The position numbers and the translations under genes are program-made. Below the pieces are notes generated by a model that was given only the letters and a program-made list of their open reading frames with translations, had not been told where the DNA came from and ran no database searches. 64,000 nt of DNA from Bacteroidales bacterium. GTDB taxonomy: Bacteria; Bacteroidota; Bacteroidia; Bacteroidales; UBA7332. Shown piece after piece: positions 28,689-38,142 of this stretch; within the stretch, counting starts at the first letter, position 1; each line of letters opens with the position of its first letter. Where the stretch lies: NCBI GenBank assembly GCA_028687995.1, contig JAQTZA010000007.1, positions 21,099-85,098 of the forward strand, in the 5' to 3' direction.

Positions 28689-28716
28689 AAGGCGGATGTG
28701 TCATCCGCCTTTTTTA
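28689..28716 (+). terminator. Hairpin/terminator, copy 2 (same arms as at 27545)
   Basis: AAGGCGGAT-gtgtc-ATCCGCCTT-tttt. Confidence 0.7.
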
Positions 28717-28751
28717 GTACTATAGGAATTTATAATTCCGACAATTAGAAA

Positions 28752-28759
28752 TATATTTG
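28752..28759 (+). promoter_or_regulatory. -7 promoter element of the putative ncRNA
   Basis: TATATTTG matches TAnnTTTG. Confidence 0.55.
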
Positions 28760-28764
28760 TTATC

Positions 28765-28939
28765 CGAACTCGTTCCCTTACAACAAAGACGGAATACAAT
28801 TCTGTCAAGACGGGTGTTAGTTGTCTCACCGGATATGAAGCCTTAAAAAAAATAAAGTTGATCAAGGCAGATTCTATGCGTCTCAATTTTCGCAAACAGC
28901 GAGTTAAGTATTAATACACTTAACCCGCTCTTTTTTTTT
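28765..28939 (+). ncRNA. Structured small RNA candidate (6S-like / Bacteroidales-1-like)
   Basis: It is bounded by a -7 box and a terminator (AGCGAGTTAAGT...ACTTAACCCGCT plus a T9 run). 5' AACTCGTT can pair with 3' AGCGAGTT, there are internal helices, and there is no credible ORF. Confidence 0.5.
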
Positions 28940-29172
28940 GTAAGATGAGAAAGATAGCTTACCTTCGATTATTCATTACACAAATAAATGCAATTTGTGC
29001 AATGAAATTCTCTTTGCTACAACTTTTTTGCACACTACGCTATACCTCTGTGCAATAGCAATTTAAATTGTAAAATTATTTTATTTTTTAATAGAGAAAT
29101 ATTTCTTTATATCAATTTAATCTTTCTACCTTTGTGGCACAAAACTGAATATTTACTTAAAAAGATAAAATT

Positions 29173-29583
29173 ATGAACTTATCTCACATCGAACATTTGG
29201 GCATTGCAGTAAAAAGCATCGAAGCATCACTACCTTACTACGAAAACGTTTTAGGATTGAAATGCTACAACATAGAAGTGGTAGCTGATCAAAAAGTAAA
29301 AACAGCATTTTTCAAAATTGGGCAAACAAAAATAGAGCTACTCGAGCCAACGAGCGAAGATAGCGCAGTCGCAAAATTCATCGAAAAAAGAGGCGAAGGA
29401 ATTCATCACATCGCTTTTGCTGTAGATAGCGTAGCAGACGCCTTAGCGGAAGTCGAAAGCAAAGGAGTACAGCTCATAGACAAAGCGCCTCGTGCTGGAG
29501 CCGAAGGTCTTAACATCGCATTCTTACATCCAAAAAGCACCTGTAGCGTATTGACTGAATTGTGCGAAGAGCCTAAAAATTAA
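29173..29583 (+). CDS. mce: Methylmalonyl-CoA epimerase
   Basis: IEHLGIAV, TKIELLEP, EGIHHIAF and FLHPKST...ELCE. Confidence 0.95.
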   Translation: MNLSHIEHLGIAVKSIEASLPYYENVLGLKCYNIEVVADQKVKTAFFKIGQTKIELLEPTSEDSAVAKFIEKRGEGIHHIAFAVDSVADALAEVESKGVQLIDKAPRAGAEGLNIAFLHPKSTCSVLTELCEEPKN

Positions 29584-29646
29584 ATTTAGGCAACCTTTTC
29601 AGGCAAAACGTTTTTCAATGACGAACACATTTAATAGATAATCAAA

Positions 29647-31200
29647 ATGAGTAACCAACTTGAAAAAGTAAAAGAGCTGATACAATTGCGAGATAAGGCA
29701 CGTATTGGCGGTGGCGAGAAACGGATAGAATCTCAACACAAAAAGGGCAAATACACTGCCCGCGAGAGAATTGCCATGTTACTCGACGAAGGAAGCTTCG
29801 AAGAGTTCGACATGTTTGTGACTCACCGATGCACCAATTTTGGCATCGACAAAGAGTCCTATTTAGGTGATGGCGTTGTCACTGGATATGGTACAATCAT
29901 GGGGCGATTAGTTTACATTTACGCTCAAGATTTCACCGTTTTCGGAGGTTCTTTATCTGAAACATTGGCAATGAAAGTTTGCAAAGTAATGGATCAAGCC
30001 ATGAAAATGGGTGCTCCAGTGATTGGCATCAATGATTCGGGTGGTGCACGCATTCAGGAAGGCGTAAATGCCTTGGCTGGTTATGCAGAAATTTTCCAAC
30101 GTAACATTCTGGCTTCAGGTGTTGTTCCTCAAATTTCAGGTATTTTCGGTCCGTGTGCAGGTGGAGCAGTTTATTCTCCAGCATTGACCGATTTCAATAT
30201 CATGACAAAAGGTACTAGCTATATGTTTTTGACCGGACCAAAAGTGGTGAAAACGGTAACTGGCGAAGATGTCACTCAAGAAGAGTTAGGTGGAGCAAGT
30301 GTGCATGCAAGTAAATCTGGCGTTGCTCATTTTGCCGTCGAAAATGAAGAAGAAGGCATCTCTTTGATTCGCAAACTGCTCTCCTACTTGCCGCAAAACA
30401 ATTTGGAAGAGGCTCCTGTCATTGCTTGTAACGACCCTATCAATCGCCTAGAGGATGGATTAAACGACATTATACCCGACAGTTCAAACAAGCCTTATGA
30501 CATGTATGAGGTGATTGGAGCGATTGTTGATAATGGTGAATTCCTAGAAGTACACAAAGATTATGCCCAAAATATCATTATCGGGTTTGCCCGTTTCAAT
30601 GGTCAATCAGTAGGTATGGTGGCTAATCAACCCAAATACTTAGCTGGAGTACTCGATATCAATTCATCGCGCAAAGCAGCTCGTTTTGTTCGTTTTTGCG
30701 ATGCATTTAATATTCCGTTGGTAACGCTGGTCGATGTTCCTGGATTTTTGCCAGGCACTGCTCAAGAATATGGCGGTGTAATTCTACATGGAGCTAAATT
30801 GCTCTACGCTTATGGAGAAGCTACTGTACCAAAAGTAACAGTCACACTTCGTAAATCGTATGGCGGAGCTTATTGTGTAATGAGTTCGAAACACCTACGT
30901 GGCGATATTAACTACGCTTGGCCAACAGCTGAAATTGCGGTCATGGGTCCATCGGGAGCTATCGAAGTGCTCTATTCGAAAGAGGTAGCTGCATCAGAAA
31001 ATCCAGCGGACATAACTGCACAAAAGGAACAAGAATACCGCGACGCTTTTGCAAATCCATACAACGCAGCCAAATATGGGTATATCGATGATGTCATCGA
31101 ACCACGAAACACACGTTTCCGTATCATTAGAGCTTTGCAACAGCTTCAAACTAAAAAGCTGACAAATCCGGCTAAGAAACACGACAACTTACCGCTATAA
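29647..31200 (+). CDS. mmdA: Methylmalonyl-CoA decarboxylase alpha subunit (acyl-CoA carboxyltransferase)
   Basis: [34 protein letters not shown] and KKHDNLPL; operon context. Confidence 0.92.
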   Translation: MSNQLEKVKELIQLRDKARIGGGEKRIESQHKKGKYTARERIAMLLDEGSFEEFDMFVTHRCTNFGIDKESYLGDGVVTGYGTIMGRLVYIYAQDFTVFGGSLSETLAMKVCKVMDQAMKMGAPVIGINDSGGARIQEGVNALAGYAEIFQRNILASGVVPQISGIFGPCAGGAVYSPALTDFNIMTKGTSYMFLTGPKVVKTVTGEDVTQEELGGASVHASKSGVAHFAVENEEEGISLIRKLLSYLPQNNLEEAPVIACNDPINRLEDGLNDIIPDSSNKPYDMYEVIGAIVDNGEFLEVHKDYAQNIIIGFARFNGQSVGMVANQPKYLAGVLDINSSRKAARFVRFCDAFNIPLVTLVDVPGFLPGTAQEYGGVILHGAKLLYAYGEATVPKVTVTLRKSYGGAYCVMSSKHLRGDINYAWPTAEIAVMGPSGAIEVLYSKEVAASENPADITAQKEQEYRDAFANPYNAAKYGYIDDVIEPRNTRFRIIRALQQLQTKKLTNPAKKHDNLPL

Positions 31201-31212
31201 ATTCAACATAAC

Positions 31213-32220
31213 ATGAAGAAAATTATGATGAAATATAAATTCGGAATTTTGTTGGTAGGCTTATTTCTTTTCGTTTTCAGTGCCACAGCTCAGCGTGCTA
31301 CACAACTGAGAATAAATGAAGTAATGGTCAAAAATATGAACAATTTTCAGGATGACTATGGGATACAGAGTCCTTGGATTGAAATTTTCAATTCTGCTTA
31401 CGCCACAGTCAATATTGGGGGATGTTATTTATCAAATGATGTTGCGAACCTAAAAAAGTATATGATTCCCAAAGGAGATGTACTTACAAAAATCAAGCCT
31501 CGACAACACACCCTATTTTGGGCAGACAATGAACCAACTAGGGGCACTTTCCATCTAAATTTCACGTTGGATACCGTAAAAGTAAATACACTGTATCTTG
31601 TAGATTCGAATGGAAAGGACATCATCGATAGCATTTTTGTAAAATGGAATGGAGATGCGAATACCAGTTTCGGTCGATGTGCCGATGGAAAAGATTTCGT
31701 CAAAAACGACTCGACTGGAGAATTGGAATCTGCGTGGAAAACACTCTCTGTCATTACGCCTAGTACCAATAATACCATTACAACAGACAAAGAGCATCAG
31801 GCAGTTTTACAAAAACAATTTCCAAATGGAATTGGCAATGCCATCATGTCAACAGGAGCTGCCAACGAAAAGTTTGAAACAAACGACCCATTGGGTGTAG
31901 GCATGAGTGCTACTGCCATGTTTGTAGTGTTTATAGGTCTAGTTATCCTATTTCTTATGTTTAAACTGATTGGGTACATTTCCATTCAATTAAAACAACG
32001 AAGAATGATGAAATCGGGAATAGATTCGACCAAAGCACAAGAACTGTTGGATAACGAAAGTGGAGAAATCTATGCGGCTATTGCAATGGCACTTTATGCT
32101 GTTGAAAACGAAGATCACGATTGGGAAGATACCGTTCTTACAATAAACAAAGTGGCGAAGACTTACTCTCCATGGAGCTCTAAGATTTATGGATTACGAG
32201 AAATGCCAAACAAAAATTAA
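31213..32220 (+). CDS. OadG/MmdD (delta) subunit fused to an N-terminal lamin-tail-like domain
   Basis: Signal peptide, LRINEVM...WIEIFN (LTD), TM AMFVVFIGLVILF, then EIYAAIAMAL...SPWSSK. Confidence 0.85.
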   Translation: MKKIMMKYKFGILLVGLFLFVFSATAQRATQLRINEVMVKNMNNFQDDYGIQSPWIEIFNSAYATVNIGGCYLSNDVANLKKYMIPKGDVLTKIKPRQHTLFWADNEPTRGTFHLNFTLDTVKVNTLYLVDSNGKDIIDSIFVKWNGDANTSFGRCADGKDFVKNDSTGELESAWKTLSVITPSTNNTITTDKEHQAVLQKQFPNGIGNAIMSTGAANEKFETNDPLGVGMSATAMFVVFIGLVILFLMFKLIGYISIQLKQRRMMKSGIDSTKAQELLDNESGEIYAAIAMALYAVENEDHDWEDTVLTINKVAKTYSPWSSKIYGLREMPNKN

Positions 32221-32238
32221 TTCTAATCTAATAAGAAG

Positions 32239-32673
32239 ATGAAAGAATTCAAATATACAATTAATGGTAATGTTTACAAAGTAAATGTAACCAATGTAGA
32301 ACAAGAATATGCCGAACTTGAAGTAAACGGCACAAAATACAAAGTTCAGATTGAGAAAGTACACAAAAAATCAATCAAACCACTGATCAAAGCTGCGGCT
32401 CAGGCACCCACTACTTCAACAGGTGCGCCGGTAGTGGCTAAACCAGTTGTTAAATCGTCTGCCTCAGCCATCAAATCACCTCTTCCGGGTGTCATTCTCG
32501 AGGTCGCAGTGAAGACCGGAGATACAGTAAAAAAAGGTCAAAAGCTCCTCATCCTCGAAGCAATGAAGATGGAAAACAGTATCAATGCTGATAAAGATGG
32601 AGTAGTTTCTGAAATCAAAGTCAACAAAGGTGATTCAATTCTTGAAGGAGCGGATCTATTAGTAATTGTATAA
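32239..32673 (+). CDS. mmdC: Biotin carboxyl carrier (gamma) subunit
   Basis: LILEAMKMEN biotinylation motif with an Ala/Pro-rich linker. Confidence 0.93.
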   Translation: MKEFKYTINGNVYKVNVTNVEQEYAELEVNGTKYKVQIEKVHKKSIKPLIKAAAQAPTTSTGAPVVAKPVVKSSASAIKSPLPGVILEVAVKTGDTVKKGQKLLILEAMKMENSINADKDGVVSEIKVNKGDSILEGADLLVIV

Positions 32674-32676
32674 ATT

Positions 32677-33837
32677 ATGGGAACCAGTTTCTTTTCATTT
32701 ATAGGTGAAAATTTAGAAGAATTTCTCACCTACACTGGATTTGCGAATGCGACTCCTGGGCATTTTGTGATGATTGCGGTCGGGCTTATATTCATTGCAT
32801 TAGCAATCGTGAAAGATTGGGAACCGATGCTTTTAATTCCCATTGGATTTGGAATTCTAATTGGCAATATTCCTTTTAAAGAGGTAGGATTACAGCTTGG
32901 CGTTTACGAAGAAGGATCGGTACTGAGCATTCTTTATTCAGGAGTAACACAAGGTTGGTATCCTCCCTTGATATTCCTTGGAATTGGAGCAATGACTGAC
33001 TTTTCAACTTTAATTTCGAATCCAAAACTTATGTTGATTGGTGCTGCTGCTCAATTTGGTATTTTTGGAGCATACATGATTGCTCTTCAAATGGGATTCG
33101 AGCCTAATCAAGCAGGAGCAATCGGCATTATTGGTGGAGCTGATGGTCCTACAGCAATCTTTCTCTCATCAAAATTAGCTCCGAATCTGATGGGTGCCAT
33201 TGCCATATCGGCATACTCATATATGGCATTAGTTCCAGTGATACAACCGCCAATCATGCGATTATTGACTACAAAAAAAGAGCGACTTATTCGTATGAAA
33301 CCAGCGCGTGCAGTCTCTCATACAGAGAAAGTAATTTTTCCGATAGCTGGATTACTTCTTACTTCTTTTCTTGTGCCATCAGGGTTACCATTATTAGGTA
33401 TGCTTTTCTTCGGAAATTTATTAAAAGAGAGTGGCGTTACACGACGTTTGGCCGAAACGGCAAGGGGTCCACTTATCGATGTAATTACAATGCTTTTGGG
33501 TGTAACCGTCGGAGCATCCACACAAGCTACTCAGTTTTTGACAACCGATTCTGTTAAAATATTCGGGTTAGGAGCTCTTTCATTTGTGATTGCGACTGCC
33601 GCAGGAATTTTGTTTGTCAAGTTCTTTAATCTTTTCTTAAAGAAGGAGAATCGAATCAATCCACTTATTGGAAATGCGGGTGTATCTGCCGTACCCGATT
33701 CTGCTCGAATTTCTCAAACTGTAGGATTGGAATACGATAGAACAAACCATTTGCTGATGCACGCTATGGGACCTAACGTAGCAGGTGTAATCGGTTCGGC
33801 TGTTGCAGCAGGTATTTTGCTAGGGTTCTTAATGTAA
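32677..33837 (+). CDS. mmdB: Na+-transporting decarboxylase beta subunit
   Basis: GIIGGADGPTAIF, IGNAGVSAVPDSAR and HAMGPNVAGVIGSA. Confidence 0.95.
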   Translation: MGTSFFSFIGENLEEFLTYTGFANATPGHFVMIAVGLIFIALAIVKDWEPMLLIPIGFGILIGNIPFKEVGLQLGVYEEGSVLSILYSGVTQGWYPPLIFLGIGAMTDFSTLISNPKLMLIGAAAQFGIFGAYMIALQMGFEPNQAGAIGIIGGADGPTAIFLSSKLAPNLMGAIAISAYSYMALVPVIQPPIMRLLTTKKERLIRMKPARAVSHTEKVIFPIAGLLLTSFLVPSGLPLLGMLFFGNLLKESGVTRRLAETARGPLIDVITMLLGVTVGASTQATQFLTTDSVKIFGLGALSFVIATAAGILFVKFFNLFLKKENRINPLIGNAGVSAVPDSARISQTVGLEYDRTNHLLMHAMGPNVAGVIGSAVAAGILLGFLM

Positions 33838-33856
33838 TAAGAACTACATCTTAAAA

Positions 33857-33900
33857 AAACCTCCAATTGAAGCTTATCGGTCAATTGGAGGTTTCTTTTT
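33857..33900. terminator. Bidirectional terminator
   Basis: AAACCTCCAATTGA...TCAATTGGAGGTTT lies between convergent genes. Confidence 0.8.
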
Positions 33901-33918
33901 GAGTTTTAAATAGTGTGC

Positions 33919-34605
33919 TTAGTCTAAATCTTCATCATGAACTATATCTGCAAATGCATGTCGATTCAAAATTCGTATTTCGTTGTCATTATAGGTCACT
34001 AATTTCTTTCGTTTGAGATCTTGCAAAACAGCAATCAAATTTTCTTTTGAATCTCCCAATAATTTCGCCATTTCATCGATCTTTGCGGCAAGAATACTCT
34101 CCTCTGCCTTTTTGTGAGTCAACAGCAATACCCACAAAGCGAATCGTTCATTCAGATCTCCAGCAGAAACAGATAACATTGTGTGGTAATATGTCTGCGA
34201 TCTAGCAGATAGAAAATTGAGATAATTGATCATAAAAATTGGTTCCTTACGAAGTAATTCCAGCAAATCTTCTTTAGCTATTTGCATAATTCCAACATCG
34301 GAATGAGCAATACACGTTGAGTTTGAAGATGTTTCAATTCCAAAAATATAATTTCCAAAAATTAGATTTGGAGAACCAAAAATCTCCTTTATCTCAAGGC
34401 TCAGAGCTTTATTGGGTGTGATTGTCAATAATTTTCCTGAAATCAAAAATTTCAAATGAGTAAAGTCATCTCCTTGAGACACAACCGTTTCTCCAGCTTT
34501 GTACTTCAAAAACTCTACACAATGTTTTTCAAGACAAGTCGTTAATTTCAACTTACTCACTCCTTGAAAAATAGGTGTTTGTAGTAATACGTCTAAAAAA
34601 CTCAT
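33919..34605 (-). CDS. Crp/Fnr family protein
   Basis: cNMP-binding-type domain (YKAGETVVSQGD...LISG) with a C-terminal wHTH-like region. Confidence 0.8.
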   Translation of the reverse strand: MSFLDVLLQTPIFQGVSKLKLTTCLEKHCVEFLKYKAGETVVSQGDDFTHLKFLISGKLLTITPNKALSLEIKEIFGSPNLIFGNYIFGIETSSNSTCIAHSDVGIMQIAKEDLLELLRKEPIFMINYLNFLSARSQTYYHTMLSVSAGDLNERFALWVLLLTHKKAEESILAAKIDEMAKLLGDSKENLIAVLQDLKRKKLVTYNDNEIRILNRHAFADIVHDEDLD

Positions 34606-34724
34606 TGTGAAATGGTTTTAATGAATATTGTTGAGGTAAAATTAAGAAAAAATCTTAATTTTGTGTTTCGAGAGGCGGTTTCTTAACACTATTATAACAA
34701 TATTTAATTCCACAGGTTCACACC

Positions 34725-35327
34725 ATGCACAATCTAGTATTCAATCTGAAAGAGTTTATTAGTGCCTTTGTTGTTCTTTTTGCTATTATAGATATAACGG
34801 GTTCTGTGCCCGTGGTTTTATCTTTAAAAAGCAAAGGTGCGATTGTAAGTCCACTACGTGCATCAGCTTATTCCCTTTTCACGCTGCTTGGGTTTTTGTT
34901 TGCTGGTGAAATTATCCTCAAACTTTTTGGTGTTGACATTCACTCATTTGCTGTTGCTGGAGCACTTATTATACTTGTGATGGCAATAGAGATGATTATA
35001 GGAGTTGAGATTTTTCGATTCGACACTGGCACAGAGTCCTCTTCTATTGTTCCATTAGTTTTTCCTTTGATTGCTGGCGCAGGCACATTCACTGCACTTA
35101 TTTCGTTACGTGCCGAATATAATATTCTCAATATATTGTTAGCCCTTTTCGCCAATATGCTTGTGGTTTATCTCGTTCTAAGAAGTTTGACCAAAATAGA
35201 GAAGATTCTTGGAAAAGGAGGAGTTTATATTCTTCGAAAATTCTTCGGCATTATTCTTCTAGCCATTTCGGTGAAGCTTTTTACGTCAAACATTGCCATG
35301 ATAGTCAGTGACGTTTTCAGACATTAA
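34725..35327 (+). CDS. MarC family membrane protein
   Basis: FAVAGALI, IVPLVFPLIAGAG and RKFFGIILLAISV. Confidence 0.9.
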   Translation: MHNLVFNLKEFISAFVVLFAIIDITGSVPVVLSLKSKGAIVSPLRASAYSLFTLLGFLFAGEIILKLFGVDIHSFAVAGALIILVMAIEMIIGVEIFRFDTGTESSSIVPLVFPLIAGAGTFTALISLRAEYNILNILLALFANMLVVYLVLRSLTKIEKILGKGGVYILRKFFGIILLAISVKLFTSNIAMIVSDVFRH

Positions 35328-35334
35328 TTCCATT

Positions 35335-36006
35335 TTACTCTTTTGTATTTTCAGTAGGTTCTTCATCTGGAATATCTAACCAATATTCATCGGCAATCTC
35401 CTCTGTCTTTGAATCTTCGACAACCACTACTGGTTGGGGAGAATGCTTGCGATATACGATAGCTAGCAAAATTCCCGAAATGGCTCCAGACAAATGACCC
35501 TCCCACGACAGTTCAGGGCGCCATATTTCTGATACTGGCAACATATTCCAGACAAAACCACCGTAGGTAAACGCCACCAAAGCCGACAATGCCATCAAGG
35601 GTAACATTCGACGAAACAAACCGCTAAAGAAAAGGAAGAATGCCAACCCGTAAACAATGCCGCTTGCACCAATGTGAAACGATGGTCGTCCGATAAACCA
35701 TGTGAATAAACCTGATCCAATCCAAACCAGTCCGAACACTTTAAATGAAATATCTCCATAGAAATAGAATATCGACCAAACTAAAAATAATAGTGGAATG
35801 CTATTCGACCAAAGATGCGAGATATTTTCATGAATAAACGGCTGTAATAAAATTCCAGAAAGATGATCTAAACTTAAGGGGTAATTCCCAAAATCAGAAA
35901 AGTCAAGATTCGATGTAATTTCTACCAATTTGACAAGCCATAAAATACCCAATAGAATGATAGGATAATAGAGTGCATATATAATTTTCTTTGTCTCAAT
36001 ATTCAT
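35335..36006 (-). CDS. Rhomboid family intramembrane serine protease
   Basis: PFIHENISHLWSN, HIGASG and SWEGHLSG. Confidence 0.9.
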   Translation of the reverse strand: MNIETKKIIYALYYPIILLGILWLVKLVEITSNLDFSDFGNYPLSLDHLSGILLQPFIHENISHLWSNSIPLLFLVWSIFYFYGDISFKVFGLVWIGSGLFTWFIGRPSFHIGASGIVYGLAFFLFFSGLFRRMLPLMALSALVAFTYGGFVWNMLPVSEIWRPELSWEGHLSGAISGILLAIVYRKHSPQPVVVVEDSKTEEIADEYWLDIPDEEPTENTKE

Positions 36007-36183
36007 TGCAAAAGATATAAAAAGAGGAGTAAATATATCAAAAAGATTACTCTATTGGGCTATATAAAAAGAAAAATAGTTTTTTATCTGACTTTTTTTA
36101 AGATTAAAAGTGATTTTCTCAAATTTATATATAATTTTGGGAAAAGCCACTATTTATTAAAACTGACTAAAAACAACAGATTA

Positions 36184-38142
36184 ATGGGCTACTTAAAGTT
36201 TGACAAGAATACACTGATAAATCTCGAACAATCATTACCCAAAGAATTGTTACGTACAAATCAATCGGGAGCTTATCTAAGTACCACTCTCATCGGATGC
36301 CACACCAGAAAATACCATGGATTATTGGTAACTCCAGTTCCAGAAATTGACGACGATAATCATGTTTTACTATCATCGCTCGATGAAACTATTATTCAGC
36401 ACGGAGCAGAATTTAATTTAGCGATACATAAATTTGGTGGTGAGCATTATAGTCCGAAAGGTCATAAATACATCAGAGAACTACATACCGAAATAGTTCC
36501 ACGTGTTATTTATCGCGTCGGTGGCGTTGTGCTTGCAAAACAGAGAGTACTCCATTACAACGAAAATCGCATTCTGATTAAATACACCTTACTTGATGCT
36601 CATTCTAAGACAACATTACGGTTGAGACCACTATTAGCATTCAGAAACGTGAACAGCCTCACTCAAGAAAATGACACTATCAATAAAGAGTATCAAGAGG
36701 TGAAAAACGGTATTGGATCTTGCCTCTACAATGGATATCCTACTCTGTTTATGCAAACCAATAAAAAGGGAAACTTTCATTCACTCCCCGATTGGTACAA
36801 AGGAATCGAATATTCGAAAGAACAAGAACGCGGATATCCCTACAAAGAAGACCTTTACACCCCAGGCTACCTAGAAGTTGAAATCAAAAAAGGAGAGAGT
36901 GTTTATTTTTCTGCTGGTACAACTCCTATCAATCCGACTTCTCTGAAAATCACTTATGAAAAAGAGATTGAGAAGAGAACAGCACGTTCGAGCCTCTACA
37001 ACTGCTTGAAAAATGCTGCTCATCAGTTTATTTATCATAAAAATAGTAAACAAGACTATATCATTGCTGGTTATCCGTGGTTTAAAGTAAGGGCTCGAGA
37101 TTTATTTATTTCATTACCCGGCTGCACATTGTCTATCGATGAAAAACATCACTTCGAAAGCATAATGAATACAGCTCTTGCCGCTATTCACAAATTTACA
37201 CATAACGAACCTCTTGACACCAATATAAAAGAGATTGACCAACCCGATGTTTTGCTGTGGGCGATTTGGGCAATACAACAATATTGCAAAGAGAGTGATG
37301 TTCAGAAACTGTGCTCTACTTATAAGAAAGCCGTATTAGAAATCGTAGATTTCATAAAAAACAACAATCATCCAAATCTGAAGATCCAAGAAAACGGATT
37401 GCTTACAACAGATGGAACAAAAAAAGCTTCTTCATGGATGAACTCATCGATTGGAGGCAAACCAGTAACACCACGCACTGGATTTTTAGTTGAATTTAAT
37501 GCACTTTGGTACAACGCAATTTGCTTTGCGGGACAAATTGAAACCGAGGGTGGACAGCACCAACAGGCAGAAGAGCTTACTCAACTAGGTAATTTGATTC
37601 AAGAATCATTCCGAACTAAATTCAAAAATAGCGCAGGATATTTATTTGATTATGTTGATAATGGTTATGTCGATTGGAGCGTCAGACCGAACATGATAAT
37701 CCCATTGGCATTAGATTATAGTCCACTTGACAAACGAGAACGGAAAAGTGTTCTCGACTACGTCACCAAAGAGCTTTTAACTCCCAAAGGCATTCGCAGT
37801 CTCAGTCCGAAAAGTCAAGGATACTCTCCCACTTATTTTGGACCTCAGGCTGATCGCGATTATGCATATCATCAAGGAACAGCTTGGCCTTGGTTGATGG
37901 GATTCTACATCGAGGCCTATTTGAAAATATTTGGATTGAGTGGATTGTCGTTTGCGGAAAATAGATTAGTCAGTTTTGAAGATGAAATGTCGAACAACTG
38001 TATTGCAACTATAAGCGAAATGTACGACGGAAATCCTCCGTTTACTGGACGTGGCGCTATCTCTTTTGCTATGAATGTTGCGGAGATATTGCGCATGTTG
38101 AAATTAATTAAATCGTATAACACCTTAATACCTACCGAATGA
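36184..38142 (+). CDS. Glycogen debranching enzyme (amylo-alpha-1,6-glucosidase, archaeal type)
   Basis: TRKYHGLL, IIAGYPWF, SSWMN...TPRTG, AYHQGTAWPWL and ISEMYDG. The start is set at ATG 36184. Confidence 0.9.
   Translation: MGYLKFDKNTLINLEQSLPKELLRTNQSGAYLSTTLIGCHTRKYHGLLVTPVPEIDDDNHVLLSSLDETIIQHGAEFNLAIHKFGGEHYSPKGHKYIRELHTEIVPRVIYRVGGVVLAKQRVLHYNENRILIKYTLLDAHSKTTLRLRPLLAFRNVNSLTQENDTINKEYQEVKNGIGSCLYNGYPTLFMQTNKKGNFHSLPDWYKGIEYSKEQERGYPYKEDLYTPGYLEVEIKKGESVYFSAGTTPINPTSLKITYEKEIEKRTARSSLYNCLKNAAHQFIYHKNSKQDYIIAGYPWFKVRARDLFISLPGCTLSIDEKHHFESIMNTALAAIHKFTHNEPLDTNIKEIDQPDVLLWAIWAIQQYCKESDVQKLCSTYKKAVLEIVDFIKNNNHPNLKIQENGLLTTDGTKKASSWMNSSIGGKPVTPRTGFLVEFNALWYNAICFAGQIETEGGQHQQAEELTQLGNLIQESFRTKFKNSAGYLFDYVDNGYVDWSVRPNMIIPLALDYSPLDKRERKSVLDYVTKELLTPKGIRSLSPKSQGYSPTYFGPQADRDYAYHQGTAWPWLMGFYIEAYLKIFGLSGLSFAENRLVSFEDEMSNNCIATISEMYDGNPPFTGRGAISFAMNVAEILRMLKLIKSYNTLIPTE

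Noticed and set aside
28701-28895. 64-aa minus-strand ORF
   Set aside because: It is antisense to the putative ncRNA and has no promoter or homology cue.
28765-29172. Cobalamin riboswitch upstream of the methylmalonyl-CoA genes
   Set aside because: The B12-box and the conserved GGGAA/ACTG core are not visible, and mce has its own promoter box downstream.
34638-34662. Perfect AT-rich palindrome between the Crp/Fnr gene and marC
   Set aside because: It is low-complexity and can be explained by back-to-back promoter elements (TAATTTTG), so it is not supportable as an operator.
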